Below are positions 17,251-26,649 of a stretch of DNA of 64,000 nucleotides, in pieces. Position 1 is the stretch's first letter. Every line of letters starts with the position of its first letter. The stretch covers positions 3,126-67,125 of the forward strand of contig JACRHH010000018.1 of NCBI GenBank assembly GCA_016212095.1. Direction: 5' to 3'. This DNA comes from Nitrospirota bacterium. Lineage in GTDB: Bacteria; Nitrospirota; Thermodesulfovibrionia; SZUA-242. The position numbers and the translations under genes are program-made. The notes under the pieces are model-generated. The model was not told where the DNA came from and made no database searches. It saw nothing but the letters and a program-made list of their open reading frames with translations.

Positions 17251-20200
17251 TCATCGCAACTCTCCCCATTCCCCCTTCACGATATTTCCGATCATCTTGT
17301 CAAACTCCGCCGCTACCTTGGCATCGAAGTCGGACTCCATGCGGTAAACCTCGGTAAACTCGGCAAAGGCCCATCGGCCATAGCTTTTCAGGTTATTAAC
17401 GCCGGGAACCCAGTAGGTTTCCATGGTGGCCTTTTTCTCCTTGGCGTCCTCGCGGCGGTAGCCCTTGATCTCGACGATCAGGCGCAGCGGGTCATCTTCG
17501 CCATGTCCGTCGTCAACCAGAACGATGAAGTCGGGGATGTATTTCCGCGTTTCCGAGCCGTAACGGTATGGAACCTCAAGGCCAAGATTGTGATTTTTGA
17601 CGTAGGCTTTCACTTTGGGGTGCGCTTCGGCCACCCGGCAGAATTCGGCTTCCCAATCGCTGTCGAGGATAATCCAGTTGATCTGACAGCGGCGGGCGTC
17701 AGTCTCCCATCGATCCTTTTTGGATGTGTTAAAATTCACATGGATGGTGGAGCCGACGGGATTGTAGGGATCGAGTACCGCCTTAATGGGGCTTCCGCCG
17801 ATATGTTCACGGTTGATTCCCGCCATAATACGCTCGCAGGCCATGTCAGCAAGCATCTTGTATTTAAGCTGGGCCGGATATGTTTTCCCCGTGCAAACAA
17901 GGTAGTTATCAAGCCATTGTCTGGCAATGCGCTTTATCTGTCCGAATAGATGAAGCTGTGGTTCTCCGTTAGCATCACGCCACCTTGTCAAAAGAAGGTG
18001 TGAAGTTAATTCATAGACAACCTGTGAGTGTCTTATATCTCCCGTATGAACGAGGTTAAGATCAACCGATGCACCAATGATCCCGGAATTTCTGGTCTCT
18101 GTTGCACCAACCAGGTCGGGGGTCAACTCCATCACAGAGTCATCGTTGAACTTTGCGCTCAGCCGTTCCTCTGGAAGTTCGACGCGATAGCCTGCAACGC
18201 GGGGAAAGCGAATTTCGAGTGGATCTCGATCAGGTCGAACAGCCTTGACTTGAATGGTCTCGCGCGGAGGCTGAGGCGGCGCTATCACCGGCTTCGCGGT
18301 GAAGTCGAAGGGAATACCCAGCACATCGGCATATTCCACGTTGAACAGCCCTTCCTCATTCAGATCGTAAGACTGGCGGCGAAGCGCCCGGCCAATGACC
18401 TGCTCGCACAGAAGCTGAGTGCCGAAGGCGCGAACGCCCAAGACATGTGTCACGGTGCTGGCATCCCAACCCTCGGTAAGCATGGAGACAGAGACGACGC
18501 AGCGTATCGCTCCGCCCAACTGGCCGGGCTTGCCCACTGTATTCATAACCTCGCGGAGAAGAGTCACGTCATCGAGTTGTTTCCCTTGTTGCATTTCATC
18601 GGCGAGCTTTCCCCCGCGTTCTACGATCTCGCGGCGGAAGCGTTCAATCTCATCAGCAGCCATGCTGCGGAAGCTATCGTCGAGCGCTTCACCGGATTCG
18701 AGTTGCTCGCTGTCAATGAGTAGTGTGTTTGGACGAGCAAGCGGATTGCCGTGTTCATCGGTATTGCGGAACAACGGCAAACGGCCAAATTCGAGCTGGC
18801 TTGTGCCGTCCTTGTTCTGCCGTTGAAACCCGGAGATATAATCGTACACCAGCTTGGAGGTGGAGGTGTTATTGCAGACAATAATGAAACATGGCGGCAC
18901 CTTAATTCCACTCTGCTGCCAAAGGTTGTAAGTTTTTTCGTAATGCCCATAGAGCGCTTCCAGTGCGGTTTGCAATTGTGGCGGCAGGTCAAGCGGGTTC
19001 AGGGCCTCGGTCTTCCCGCGCCCCTTTTTCGGCATCTTTGTACGAATGTGTTCCCAGAGGTTGCGAAACATCGGCATTTCGCCGCCGGGGATGTTGTCGG
19101 CCACCGGCACGCGCGGGAGCTTTACGATGCCGCATTCGATGGCGTCCATAAGCGAAAAGTCGCTCATTGTCCAGGGGAACAGAGTTCCTTCGGCATAGCC
19201 GGAGCCGCTCAGGAAAAACGGGGTTGCCGACAAGTCGATTACGCGAGCAAGCCCAAGCGTCCGGTTTACGATTTCAATGCCTGAAATCCAGAGCCGGGCC
19301 GCTTCGTTGTTCTTTTCGGCTTCCTTCTTCTCGTCGCCGGTCAGGTTCTCATCTTTGGCGTTATGGTTTGGTTTCTCACGGTAGCAATGGTGCGCCTCGT
19401 CGTTCAACACCATGATGTTCTTCAACCCCATCAGGCCGGGCATCACCCGCTGAATCATCTGCCCTTCGGTTTCCAGTGTGTCAAGCTCCCCGCCGCCGCG
19501 CCCTTGCAGCAACAGGCGGCCACCCTTTGACAACTCCATCCGTTCGCGCAGCTTGAAGGCATGGTAATTGGTTATGACGATTTTTGCCTTTTGCAGTTCA
19601 TCCAGCATGTCGCCTGGTATAAGCTCCCGGCTTTGGTAGTAGCTGTCAGGATCGTTGGGCTGAAGCACCCGAAGCCTGTCGCGGATGGTCAAACCGGGGG
19701 TGACGACCAGAAATCCCCGCGTAAACCGCTTGCTGGTTGGCCGACGCACCGCATTTATGGTTTGCCACGCAATCAGCATCGCCATGACCGTGGTTTTGCC
19801 CGCGCCGGTAGCAAGTTTCAGCGCCAGACGCATCAACTCCGGGTTGGCGTCGTTGTTTGCGTTGGCCAGATGCTCAAGGAAGCGTTTCTTGTGTTTATCG
19901 ACATTTGGGGCAACTTCGGTAAGCCAGATGGCGGTTTCAACAGCCTCGATCTGACAAAAAAACGGACGGATGCCATTGAACTGATGATGTCGCCAATGCT
20001 TTAGCAATCGCTCTGTTTCCGGAGAAACATGCCAGTCTTTCGGATTTTTGAGGCTGCGCCACTGATCAACGTGTTGACGCAGTTCATTTATGATGGAAGT
20101 GGCATCATACTGCTGCCCCTCTGTTGAAAGCCCCAAACCTTCATCAAAGACGAAACGCGGCTGTTCAGCGGCAACCTTGCGCTTCTTCGGCTTGGGTATT

Positions 20201-20433
20201 GGCGTGATGAATTCAGCCCGGCGGCGTTTTTCGATGATCTGCTGGGTCGGCTGCCCTGATGAATCAAGCTCCCAATGGCGAAGCGGATACCCGTATGGGG
20301 AATTAAGGATCGGCTGTTCGAAAAAGCGGTTATTCATTGACAGGAGAGCCTCCCGGTTGCCAACAGGTATTTTTTCTGAAACATTCCGTGATTCCGGACA
20401 AAACGATGTTGAAGATTGCCGTTTTTCCCTCAT
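17251..20433 (-). CDS. Type III restriction enzyme Res-like subunit: SF2 helicase with C-terminal PD-(D/E)xK nuclease
   Basis: Motif I LATGAGKTT, motif II VLNDEAHH, motif VI QVIGRALRR, C-terminal PDFIVLV...LIVEIKG. Confidence 0.7.
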   Translation of the reverse strand: MREKRQSSTSFCPESRNVSEKIPVGNREALLSMNNRFFEQPILNSPYGYPLRHWELDSSGQPTQQIIEKRRRAEFITPIPKPKKRKVAAEQPRFVFDEGLGLSTEGQQYDATSIINELRQHVDQWRSLKNPKDWHVSPETERLLKHWRHHQFNGIRPFFCQIEAVETAIWLTEVAPNVDKHKKRFLEHLANANNDANPELMRLALKLATGAGKTTVMAMLIAWQTINAVRRPTSKRFTRGFLVVTPGLTIRDRLRVLQPNDPDSYYQSRELIPGDMLDELQKAKIVITNYHAFKLRERMELSKGGRLLLQGRGGGELDTLETEGQMIQRVMPGLMGLKNIMVLNDEAHHCYREKPNHNAKDENLTGDEKKEAEKNNEAARLWISGIEIVNRTLGLARVIDLSATPFFLSGSGYAEGTLFPWTMSDFSLMDAIECGIVKLPRVPVADNIPGGEMPMFRNLWEHIRTKMPKKGRGKTEALNPLDLPPQLQTALEALYGHYEKTYNLWQQSGIKVPPCFIIVCNNTSTSKLVYDYISGFQRQNKDGTSQLEFGRLPLFRNTDEHGNPLARPNTLLIDSEQLESGEALDDSFRSMAADEIERFRREIVERGGKLADEMQQGKQLDDVTLLREVMNTVGKPGQLGGAIRCVVSVSMLTEGWDASTVTHVLGVRAFGTQLLCEQVIGRALRRQSYDLNEEGLFNVEYADVLGIPFDFTAKPVIAPPQPPRETIQVKAVRPDRDPLEIRFPRVAGYRVELPEERLSAKFNDDSVMELTPDLVGATETRNSGIIGASVDLNLVHTGDIRHSQVVYELTSHLLLTRWRDANGEPQLHLFGQIKRIARQWLDNYLVCTGKTYPAQLKYKMLADMACERIMAGINREHIGGSPIKAVLDPYNPVGSTIHVNFNTSKKDRWETDARRCQINWIILDSDWEAEFCRVAEAHPKVKAYVKNHNLGLEVPYRYGSETRKYIPDFIVLVDDGHGEDDPLRLIVEIKGYRREDAKEKKATMETYWVPGVNNLKSYGRWAFAEFTEVYRMESDFDAKVAAEFDKMIGNIVKGEWGELR

Positions 20434-20561
20434 CCGGTTTCACGCATTGCAATGAGAATTATATCCGTCAGCCTTTTCCGTAAGCAATGAAAATAGTGAA
20501 CTAACCGATGTGTTGCGGACATGATCGCCTCCAAACACACGGGGAGATAAGGGAAAACCGT

Positions 20562-21224
20562 TTACCGCAATCTGCTTGCGAAACCGGAAACAGCCTCCGC
20601 CGTGTGCGCCGGAACCTTGCCCGACGCCATCAGCCGCGCCAGGTCTTCGGGGGTGTCGATGTCGAATCCCGGCTGAATGCGGGCGGTTGCAAGCCCAGCC
20701 GCCCGCGCCGCATCTTCGGACTGCGCCAAAACATGCGGCGTTGACCACTCAACTCCGGTAAATATTGCGCTACATGCCGGTTTTTTGATTCCCACCAGAT
20801 AATAGCCGCCGTCATCCGCCGGGCCGAAAACCACATCGGCGCTGTCGAGCGCGGCAAGCGCGTCGTCAATTGCGCCGGAATCGATATGCGGCATGTCGGT
20901 TCCGATCAGAACCGCTTTTTCCGCGCCGAACGACATGACGCGGTGAAGCGCCCGGAACATCCGCCCGCCAATATCGCCGTCGCCCTGCGGGAATGCCGGA
21001 AGGCCGAATAGCTCGAAATATCGTGAATTATCGGGCGTAAAACAGATCGAAACGGCAATATCGTCGCGGCCCGCGAATTTGTCGAGAACGTCGGCGATGA
21101 ACCCCTCCTGCAAGCCCGCGCACTCATCGGCGGTCAATGTTGGCATGAACCGCGTTTTCACAAGCCCCGGCTTCGGCTCTTTCGTGAATATGACGAGCGC
21201 CGGTTTCGTGCCGCTATCGTTCAT
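20562..21224 (-). CDS. DUF2064-like protein (nucleotidyltransferase-like fold); start taken at MNDSGTKPALVIF
   Basis: PALVIFTKEP...IGTDMPHI...GPADDGGYYLVG pattern; overlaps the upstream GT2 gene. Confidence 0.5.
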   Translation of the reverse strand: MNDSGTKPALVIFTKEPKPGLVKTRFMPTLTADECAGLQEGFIADVLDKFAGRDDIAVSICFTPDNSRYFELFGLPAFPQGDGDIGGRMFRALHRVMSFGAEKAVLIGTDMPHIDSGAIDDALAALDSADVVFGPADDGGYYLVGIKKPACSAIFTGVEWSTPHVLAQSEDAARAAGLATARIQPGFDIDTPEDLARLMASGKVPAHTAEAVSGFASRLR

Positions 21225-21915
21225 CCGGATAGTTGGCAGCAAGCAGGGCCGGATCGGCATCGAAAAGCGTGTATCGCAAGGCGCGCAGCCAGTCTTCAAG
21301 AACCGTGCGGACGACGCCCCTGCTTGCAAACCGGCGGGCGGACGCCAGAACCGGCTTGTTTACAAACGCGATTCCGCCGAGTTTCTTTAATCTGCCGCTG
21401 AGTTCGATGTCTTCCATCAGCGGAATGTCGGCGAATCCGCCGATGCGCCCGAACACGCTTTTTGTCATGAACATGGCCTGATCGCCGTAAGCTATGCCGG
21501 TTGCGCGCGAGCGGGCATTTGCCCACCATGAAATGATCCGGTAGCGCGGCAGCGGCGAATCGATACGCAGGTCGAATGCACCGGCGGGCGCGCAGCCACG
21601 CTCTATGACAGCGCGCATGGCCTGAATCGCGTCAGCCGGAAGTCGGCAGTCGGCATGAAGAAAGACAAAAATATCGCCTTGCGCCGCGCCGGCTCCGGCG
21701 TTCATCTGGCCGGCCCGCCCGCGCGGCGACATAACGAGCTTCACCGGCGGCGCGATGCCGCGCGAGGAATATTCCTGAACGATTTTGCGCGTCCGGTCAA
21801 CGCTTCCGCCGTCCACAACGATGATTTCGCATACGTTGTGCCGCGATGCCTCGGCCAGTGTTTCGGCGATGATCTTCTCTTCGTTCAAAACCGGAATTAT
21901 GATCGATATATTCAC
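21214..21915 (-). CDS. Family 2 glycosyltransferase
   Basis: ISIIIPVLNEE...IIVVDGGSVDRT. Confidence 0.6.
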   Translation of the reverse strand: MNISIIIPVLNEEKIIAETLAEASRHNVCEIIVVDGGSVDRTRKIVQEYSSRGIAPPVKLVMSPRGRAGQMNAGAGAAQGDIFVFLHADCRLPADAIQAMRAVIERGCAPAGAFDLRIDSPLPRYRIISWWANARSRATGIAYGDQAMFMTKSVFGRIGGFADIPLMEDIELSGRLKKLGGIAFVNKPVLASARRFASRGVVRTVLEDWLRALRYTLFDADPALLAANYPDER

Positions 21916-21924
21916 GATACAGGG

Positions 21925-22269
21925 CTACACTTCGAACGCGTCGCGGATGAGTTCCGCCTCGAAATCGCCATCGGCGTCGGCGATGCTCACAACATCGAAG
22001 CGGCATGGCGGAAGCGGATTGAAGCGCTTGAGATAGAAAAGCGCGGCTGAAGCCATTTTTCTTCTTTTACGGATGGTTACAGACTCGAACGGATGGCCGT
22101 AACGCAGGCTTTCGCGCGTTTTAACCTCCACGAACACCAGCGTCTCGCCGTCGCGGGCGATAATGTCGATCTCGCCCGCCGGCGTGGTGAAGTTCGATTC
22201 AACGATACGGTATCCCCGCCGCTGCAGGTATGTTCTGGCGAAGTCCTCGCCGCGCTTGCCGAGATTCAT
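21925..22269 (-). CDS. YraN-family (UPF0102) endonuclease
   Basis: 114 aa, GEIDIIARDGETLVFVEVKTR. Confidence 0.65.
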   Translation of the reverse strand: MNLGKRGEDFARTYLQRRGYRIVESNFTTPAGEIDIIARDGETLVFVEVKTRESLRYGHPFESVTIRKRRKMASAALFYLKRFNPLPPCRFDVVSIADADGDFEAELIRDAFEV

Positions 22270-22283
22270 AACAGTTGAGGAGA

Positions 22284-22368
22284 TGGTGCGAGGGGGGGGA
22301 CTCGAACCCCCACGGTGTTAGCCGCCAGATCCTAAGTCTGGTGCGTCTGCCAGTTCCGCCACTCTCGC
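22284..22368 (-). tRNA. tRNA-Leu (anticodon UAG), 85 nt
   Basis: Reverse complement reads GCGAGAGTGGCGGAA...CAGACTTAGGATCTG...long variable arm...GGGGGTTCGAGTCCCCC...CTCGCACCA with anticodon loop CUUAGGA and encoded CCA. Confidence 0.85.
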
Positions 22369-22533
22369 ACTCTCATACGGCATCTGAAACTATGAACGAA
22401 AGCCGGAGCCGGAGTCAATGAACAGCCCCCTCCTGAACCCTCCACAACCTTCCCACAATCTGTCCACAGCGAAAATGCCGGAGAATCAATGGGATGCGTA
22501 TAATTTTATGACACCCCCGAAAAAAGCTTGACA

Positions 22534-22549
22534 CACACAACATATTGTG
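22534..22549. promoter_or_regulatory. Possible NrdR box upstream of nrdJ
   Basis: CACACAACATATTGTG is a near-palindrome resembling the NrdR consensus; preceded by TTGACA at 22528-22533. Confidence 0.3.
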
Positions 22550-22603
22550 GTTTCATAGCCCAGGCCATCTAGATAGCCCATATCAAACCTTGCGAGGGGA
22601 AGA

Positions 22604-24883
22604 ATGAACAGTGCCATGCCTGCCAATCTCGGACTAACTGGAAATGCGATAAAGGTGCTGGAGAAGCGCTATCTGAAGCGCGACAGGGAGGGGAAGGTTC
22701 AGGAAACCCCGCTCGATCTTTTCAAGCGCGTGGCGCGCACAATAGCCCGCGCCGACCTCAACTTCGACCGCCCGCTGGGCGAGGTTCAGGCCCTCGAAGA
22801 CCGCTTTTTCGATATGATTTCAACCACCGGTTTCCTGCCAAACAGCCCCACCTTGATGAACGCGGGCAGAAGGCTCGGCCAGCTTTCGGCCTGTTTTGTG
22901 CTGCCGGTTGGCGATTCGATGGATTCCATATTCGACGCGGTTAAAAACGCCGCGATGATACACAAATCCGGCGGTGGAACCGGATTCAGCTTTTCGCGGC
23001 TTCGCCCAACCGGAGACGTCGTGGGCTCGACCAAGGGCATATCGTCCGGGCCGATCTCGTTCATGACCGTTTTCGATGTGGCGACCGAGACCATCAAGCA
23101 GGGCGGAACCCGCCGCGGGGCCAACATGGGCCTTCTTCGGGTGGATCATCCGGACATAATCGACTTCATAAGGGCGAAGGACGTCAACAACCGCCTGAAT
23201 AATTTCAATATTTCCGTTGGAATCACCGAGGCATTCATGCGCGCGGTTGAGGCCGGCGAGGAATACGACATTCTTAACCCGCACGGCGGAAACGTGGTGC
23301 GCCGTGAAAGCGCGCGCAAGGTGTTCGACCTGATCGTCTCGCACGCATGGCAGAACGGCGAGCCCGGCATCGTTTTCCTCGACCGGATTAACGCGGGCAA
23401 TCCCACTCCTGCCGTAGGCGAAATCGAATCCACCAATCCGTGCGGCGAGCAGCCGCTTCTGCCCTACGAATCGTGCAATCTGGGCTCGATCAATCTTGCC
23501 CTCATGGTGAAAGACGGCGCTGTTGACTGGGACAAGCTGAAGGCCGTCACGCGCGACGCAGTGCATTTTCTGGACAACGTGATCGAGATCAACCGCTATC
23601 CGCTCAAGGAAATCGAGGAGACAACCAAGTCGAACCGCAAGATCGGCCTTGGAGTTATGGGATGGGCCGACATGCTGATACAGCTCGGCATTCCTTACAG
23701 TTCGGAATCGGCGTTCAGCCTTGCCGGAGACGTCATGAACGTTATTCAGGCAGAGGGCAAGAACGCCTCCGAGGAACTTGCCAACATGCGCGGCGATTTT
23801 CCGAATCATGAACTTAGCATATTCGCGGGCGAACGCCGCATGAGAAACGCCACGATCACTACCATCGCCCCAACCGGCACGTTATCGATAATTGCCGGAT
23901 GCTCAAGCGGCGTGGAGCCGCTGTTTGCGGTCTCGTTCGTGCGAAACGTGCTTGAGGGAACGAAGCTTGTCGAGGTGAACCCGTATTTCGAGCGAATCGC
24001 GAAGGAGCGCGGTTTCTGGTCGCGGGAGTTGATCGAGAAAATATCCGAAACCGGAAGCGTTGCCCACATGGACGAGGTTCCGGATGACGTGAAGGCCGTT
24101 TTTGTGACGGCGCACGACATATCGCCGCTTGACCATATCAAGATGCAGGCGGCGTTCCAGAAGTTCACCGACAACGCGGTGTCGAAAACGGTGAACTTCC
24201 CGAACCACGCCACAAAGGCCGACGTCGAGGAGGTCTACCGCCTGGCCTACACGCTTGGATGCAAGGGAGTGACGGTCTATCGCGACGGCTCTCGCGAGGA
24301 TCAGGTTCTTTCCACCGGTTCGTCGAGCCAAACGGCGGACAAGGAATTGGCACAGCCCGAAACAACCGCAAGCGGCAAGATCATGCCCAAAAAGCGGCCC
24401 GATGTGATGCGGGGCGAAACCCGGCTTCTTAAAACCGGCTGCGGCAATCTCTATGTGACCATAAACGCGGATGAAAACGGCAATCCGTTTGAGATATTCA
24501 CGCAGATGGGCAAGGCCGGCGGATGCGCGGCAAGCCAGGCCGAGGCCATCGGACGGCTCGTCTCGATGGCGTTCCGGTCGAACGTCGATCCGGCGGAGAT
24601 CGTCAAGCAGCTTAAGGGAATAAGCTGCCACAGCCCGGCATGGGGCGAGGGCGGGCGCATACTTTCCTGCTCCGATGCCATTGCCTCGGCAATCGAAGGT
24701 TTTTTAAACGGAAGGCGCGCGGCTCCTGTTACAAAAACGGATACGCATTCACAGTTGCCGCCGCATAACGACGGCGAGCATCAGGTCATGCGCCAGGGCG
24801 CGTGTCCGGAGTGCGGCGGCGCGGTTGAGCACGAGGGCGGCTGCGCCGTCTGCAGAAGCTGCGGCTTCACGAAATGCGCGTGA
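22604..24883 (+). CDS. nrdJ: Adenosylcobalamin-dependent (class II) ribonucleotide reductase
   Basis: 759 aa; NSPTLMNAG, FVLPVGDSMDSIF, TNPCGEQPL, C-terminal CPECGG...CAVCRSCG. Confidence 0.85.
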   Translation: MNSAMPANLGLTGNAIKVLEKRYLKRDREGKVQETPLDLFKRVARTIARADLNFDRPLGEVQALEDRFFDMISTTGFLPNSPTLMNAGRRLGQLSACFVLPVGDSMDSIFDAVKNAAMIHKSGGGTGFSFSRLRPTGDVVGSTKGISSGPISFMTVFDVATETIKQGGTRRGANMGLLRVDHPDIIDFIRAKDVNNRLNNFNISVGITEAFMRAVEAGEEYDILNPHGGNVVRRESARKVFDLIVSHAWQNGEPGIVFLDRINAGNPTPAVGEIESTNPCGEQPLLPYESCNLGSINLALMVKDGAVDWDKLKAVTRDAVHFLDNVIEINRYPLKEIEETTKSNRKIGLGVMGWADMLIQLGIPYSSESAFSLAGDVMNVIQAEGKNASEELANMRGDFPNHELSIFAGERRMRNATITTIAPTGTLSIIAGCSSGVEPLFAVSFVRNVLEGTKLVEVNPYFERIAKERGFWSRELIEKISETGSVAHMDEVPDDVKAVFVTAHDISPLDHIKMQAAFQKFTDNAVSKTVNFPNHATKADVEEVYRLAYTLGCKGVTVYRDGSREDQVLSTGSSSQTADKELAQPETTASGKIMPKKRPDVMRGETRLLKTGCGNLYVTINADENGNPFEIFTQMGKAGGCAASQAEAIGRLVSMAFRSNVDPAEIVKQLKGISCHSPAWGEGGRILSCSDAIASAIEGFLNGRRAAPVTKTDTHSQLPPHNDGEHQVMRQGACPECGGAVEHEGGCAVCRSCGFTKCA

Positions 24884-24885
24884 GA

Positions 24886-24925
24886 CCTCACCCCCGGCCC
24901 CTCTCCTGAAGGAGAGGGGAGAAAG
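24886..24925. repeat. 40-bp palindromic element, copy 1 (identical to 26067-26106)
   Basis: CCTCACCCCCGGCCCCTCTCCTGAAGGAGAGGGGAGAAAG with hairpin CCCCTCTCC-TGAA-GGAGAGGGG directly after the nrdJ stop. Confidence 0.8.
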
Positions 24926-24962
24926 GGAGGGGTGGAACCATGTAAATCACAAGGAGTATTTT

Positions 24963-25214
24963 GCAATGGCACTTGATCTGCTGAAAATACGTCCGATGGA
25001 GGAAGACGCGGCGTTTCCGCCGGGCGTAAGGATTTTTCTGAACAAGAACACTGTGGGCGGCAGGGGCGATTATCTGCTCCTGAGCCCGTTCTGCATGGAC
25101 AGAAGCGAACTTGACGCGCATGTCGATCTCATAAAGGAGAACCTCGACCGGATTCGCGAGGAGGCGTACCGTTTTTTCGACGAGGCAGCCGCCAGCGCCG
25201 GATATAACAAATAA
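24963..25214 (+). CDS. Hypothetical small protein (83 aa)
   Basis: AAGGAG ribosome-binding site before the ATG; no recognisable motif. Confidence 0.4.
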   Translation, partial: AMALDLLKIRPMEEDAAFPPGVRIFLNKNTVGGRGDYLLLSPFCMDRSELDAHVDLIKENLDRIREEAYRFFDEAAASAGYNK

Positions 25215-25317
25215 GGATGCAAATAATTTAGCTTCCGTGAAATGCTTCGCGGGGCTATAATGGTTGCACGCCATATGCGCGTTACATATCAGATATTTTC
25301 CTGACAAGGAGGAATTT

Positions 25318-26046
25318 ATGCGGTTAAGGATTATCGCGGCTTTATTTCTGTCTGTGCTTATTTCGGCTCCAGCCTTCGCGCTCGGCCCGGTCGATATCGA
25401 TCTTGAGGTTGGCGGGCTGAAATCCGGCCTCTCCGGCGAGGCAAAATACAAGGGCGACTCGATCAATCTGGAGGATGACCTCGGACTGAAGGACGACGAG
25501 ATTTCGATGTTCGTGCGCGGACGTCTGCATGTCATGATGCTTGGCAATCTCTACGCCGCATACACCCCGGTCAAGTACGAGGGCGACCATACGCTTACGA
25601 AGAGCATCACCTTCGGTGATCAGACATTCAACGCAAGCGGCAATGTTTCGTCCAAAGTTGACCTGAAGATGTACGATGTCGGCTGGACAATGACGCTTAT
25701 CGACGCCGCAGTGGCCGAGATAGAGCTTGGCGTAAACGCCAAATTTCTTGATGGAACTGTCAGCGTAAACAGCCAGACAGCCGACTTCAAGGCTCCGGTT
25801 CCGATGCTGAAGGCGGTTGTCCGCGTGAACGTGCCGCTTGTCACCGGCGAGGTCGACGCCATGGGCATCGCCTACGGCGACAATCATTTCTACGATGTAA
25901 CCGGGCAGGTGAAGGTGAGCCCGCTACCGTTTTTCTACGGCGCGGTTGGCTACCGCTACATCGACATGCAGGTGAAGGACGGAAGCAGCAAGAAGGCGAC
26001 GGTCAAGAGCCAGGGGCCGTTCGTAGCGGTCGGATTCGATTTCTAG
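25318..26046 (+). CDS. Outer-membrane beta-barrel protein (signal peptide, C-terminal Phe)
   Basis: Signal peptide with AFA cleavage context; alternating hydrophobic pattern; ends ..VAVGFDF. Confidence 0.5.
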   Translation: MRLRIIAALFLSVLISAPAFALGPVDIDLEVGGLKSGLSGEAKYKGDSINLEDDLGLKDDEISMFVRGRLHVMMLGNLYAAYTPVKYEGDHTLTKSITFGDQTFNASGNVSSKVDLKMYDVGWTMTLIDAAVAEIELGVNAKFLDGTVSVNSQTADFKAPVPMLKAVVRVNVPLVTGEVDAMGIAYGDNHFYDVTGQVKVSPLPFFYGAVGYRYIDMQVKDGSSKKATVKSQGPFVAVGFDF

Positions 26047-26066
26047 CCTCACGATTCGGTTTTCAA

Positions 26067-26106
26067 CCTCACCCCCGGCCCCTCTCCTGAAGGAGAGGGG
26101 AGAAAG
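26067..26106. repeat. 40-bp palindromic element, copy 2
   Basis: Exact 40-bp match to 24886-24925, directly after the stop of the beta-barrel gene. Confidence 0.8.
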
Positions 26107-26304
26107 AGAGGGGGAGGGAAAATGGTGGAGCAGACAACTAAAAGCGGCGCAAAACGCCGCTTTTTTCATGCCGGTTGCGGAGTGCAGAAAAAATGAATTG
26201 ACTTATTTTTTCGCCCTGTGTTAAACATACGTGCCGTTTTCTGTCCTTGGAAACGCGTTGTTTCGGGACGCGATAATCTCCGTACGAAAGAGTGCAGCCG
26301 CGAA

Positions 26305-26604
26305 ATGGTGCTGGGCATCATAGCAAAGACTGACAGGTTTCCCGACAGGGTGGCGGGTTTGGCGCGGGCAGCGTCAGGCAGCGGCCACCATGTATCCATA
26401 TTCATGACCGCCTCAGGTGTTCGCCTCTGCCTCGACGAAAGAATACATGTCTTGAGCGGACTGCCGGAAGTTGATCTGGGTCTATGTCATCACAGCGCCA
26501 GGGAGCTTGGCGTTGCAGACGCTATCCCCGACGGCATTGCGCGCGGAAGCCAGTACAACAATGCGTCCATGATTCAGCGGGCGGACAGGGTGGTCTGCTT
26601 CTAG
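26305..26604 (+). CDS. DsrE/DsrF-like (TusD-like) sulfur-relay protein
   Basis: MVLGIIAKTDRF...HHVSIFMTASGV...ADRVVCF resembles the DsrE fold pattern. Confidence 0.4.
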   Translation: MVLGIIAKTDRFPDRVAGLARAASGSGHHVSIFMTASGVRLCLDERIHVLSGLPEVDLGLCHHSARELGVADAIPDGIARGSQYNNASMIQRADRVVCF

Positions 26605-26649
26605 CGCATGGCACAATCATGCGCATGGCGCAATCATAAATGATCAGGC

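Noticed and set aside
22284-22368. tRNA-Leu as an integration site of a prophage or integrative element
   Set aside because: No integrase, excisionase or phage genes in the window; genes adjacent to the tRNA 3' end are housekeeping-type.
22375-22603. Cobalamin riboswitch in the nrdJ leader
   Set aside because: No B12-box-like core or conserved stem pattern visible; class II RNR is B12-dependent and not usually B12-repressed. Only a possible NrdR box is reported.
22820-23809. 329-aa minus-strand ORF inside nrdJ
   Set aside because: Fully antisense to the well-supported nrdJ frame; no motifs.
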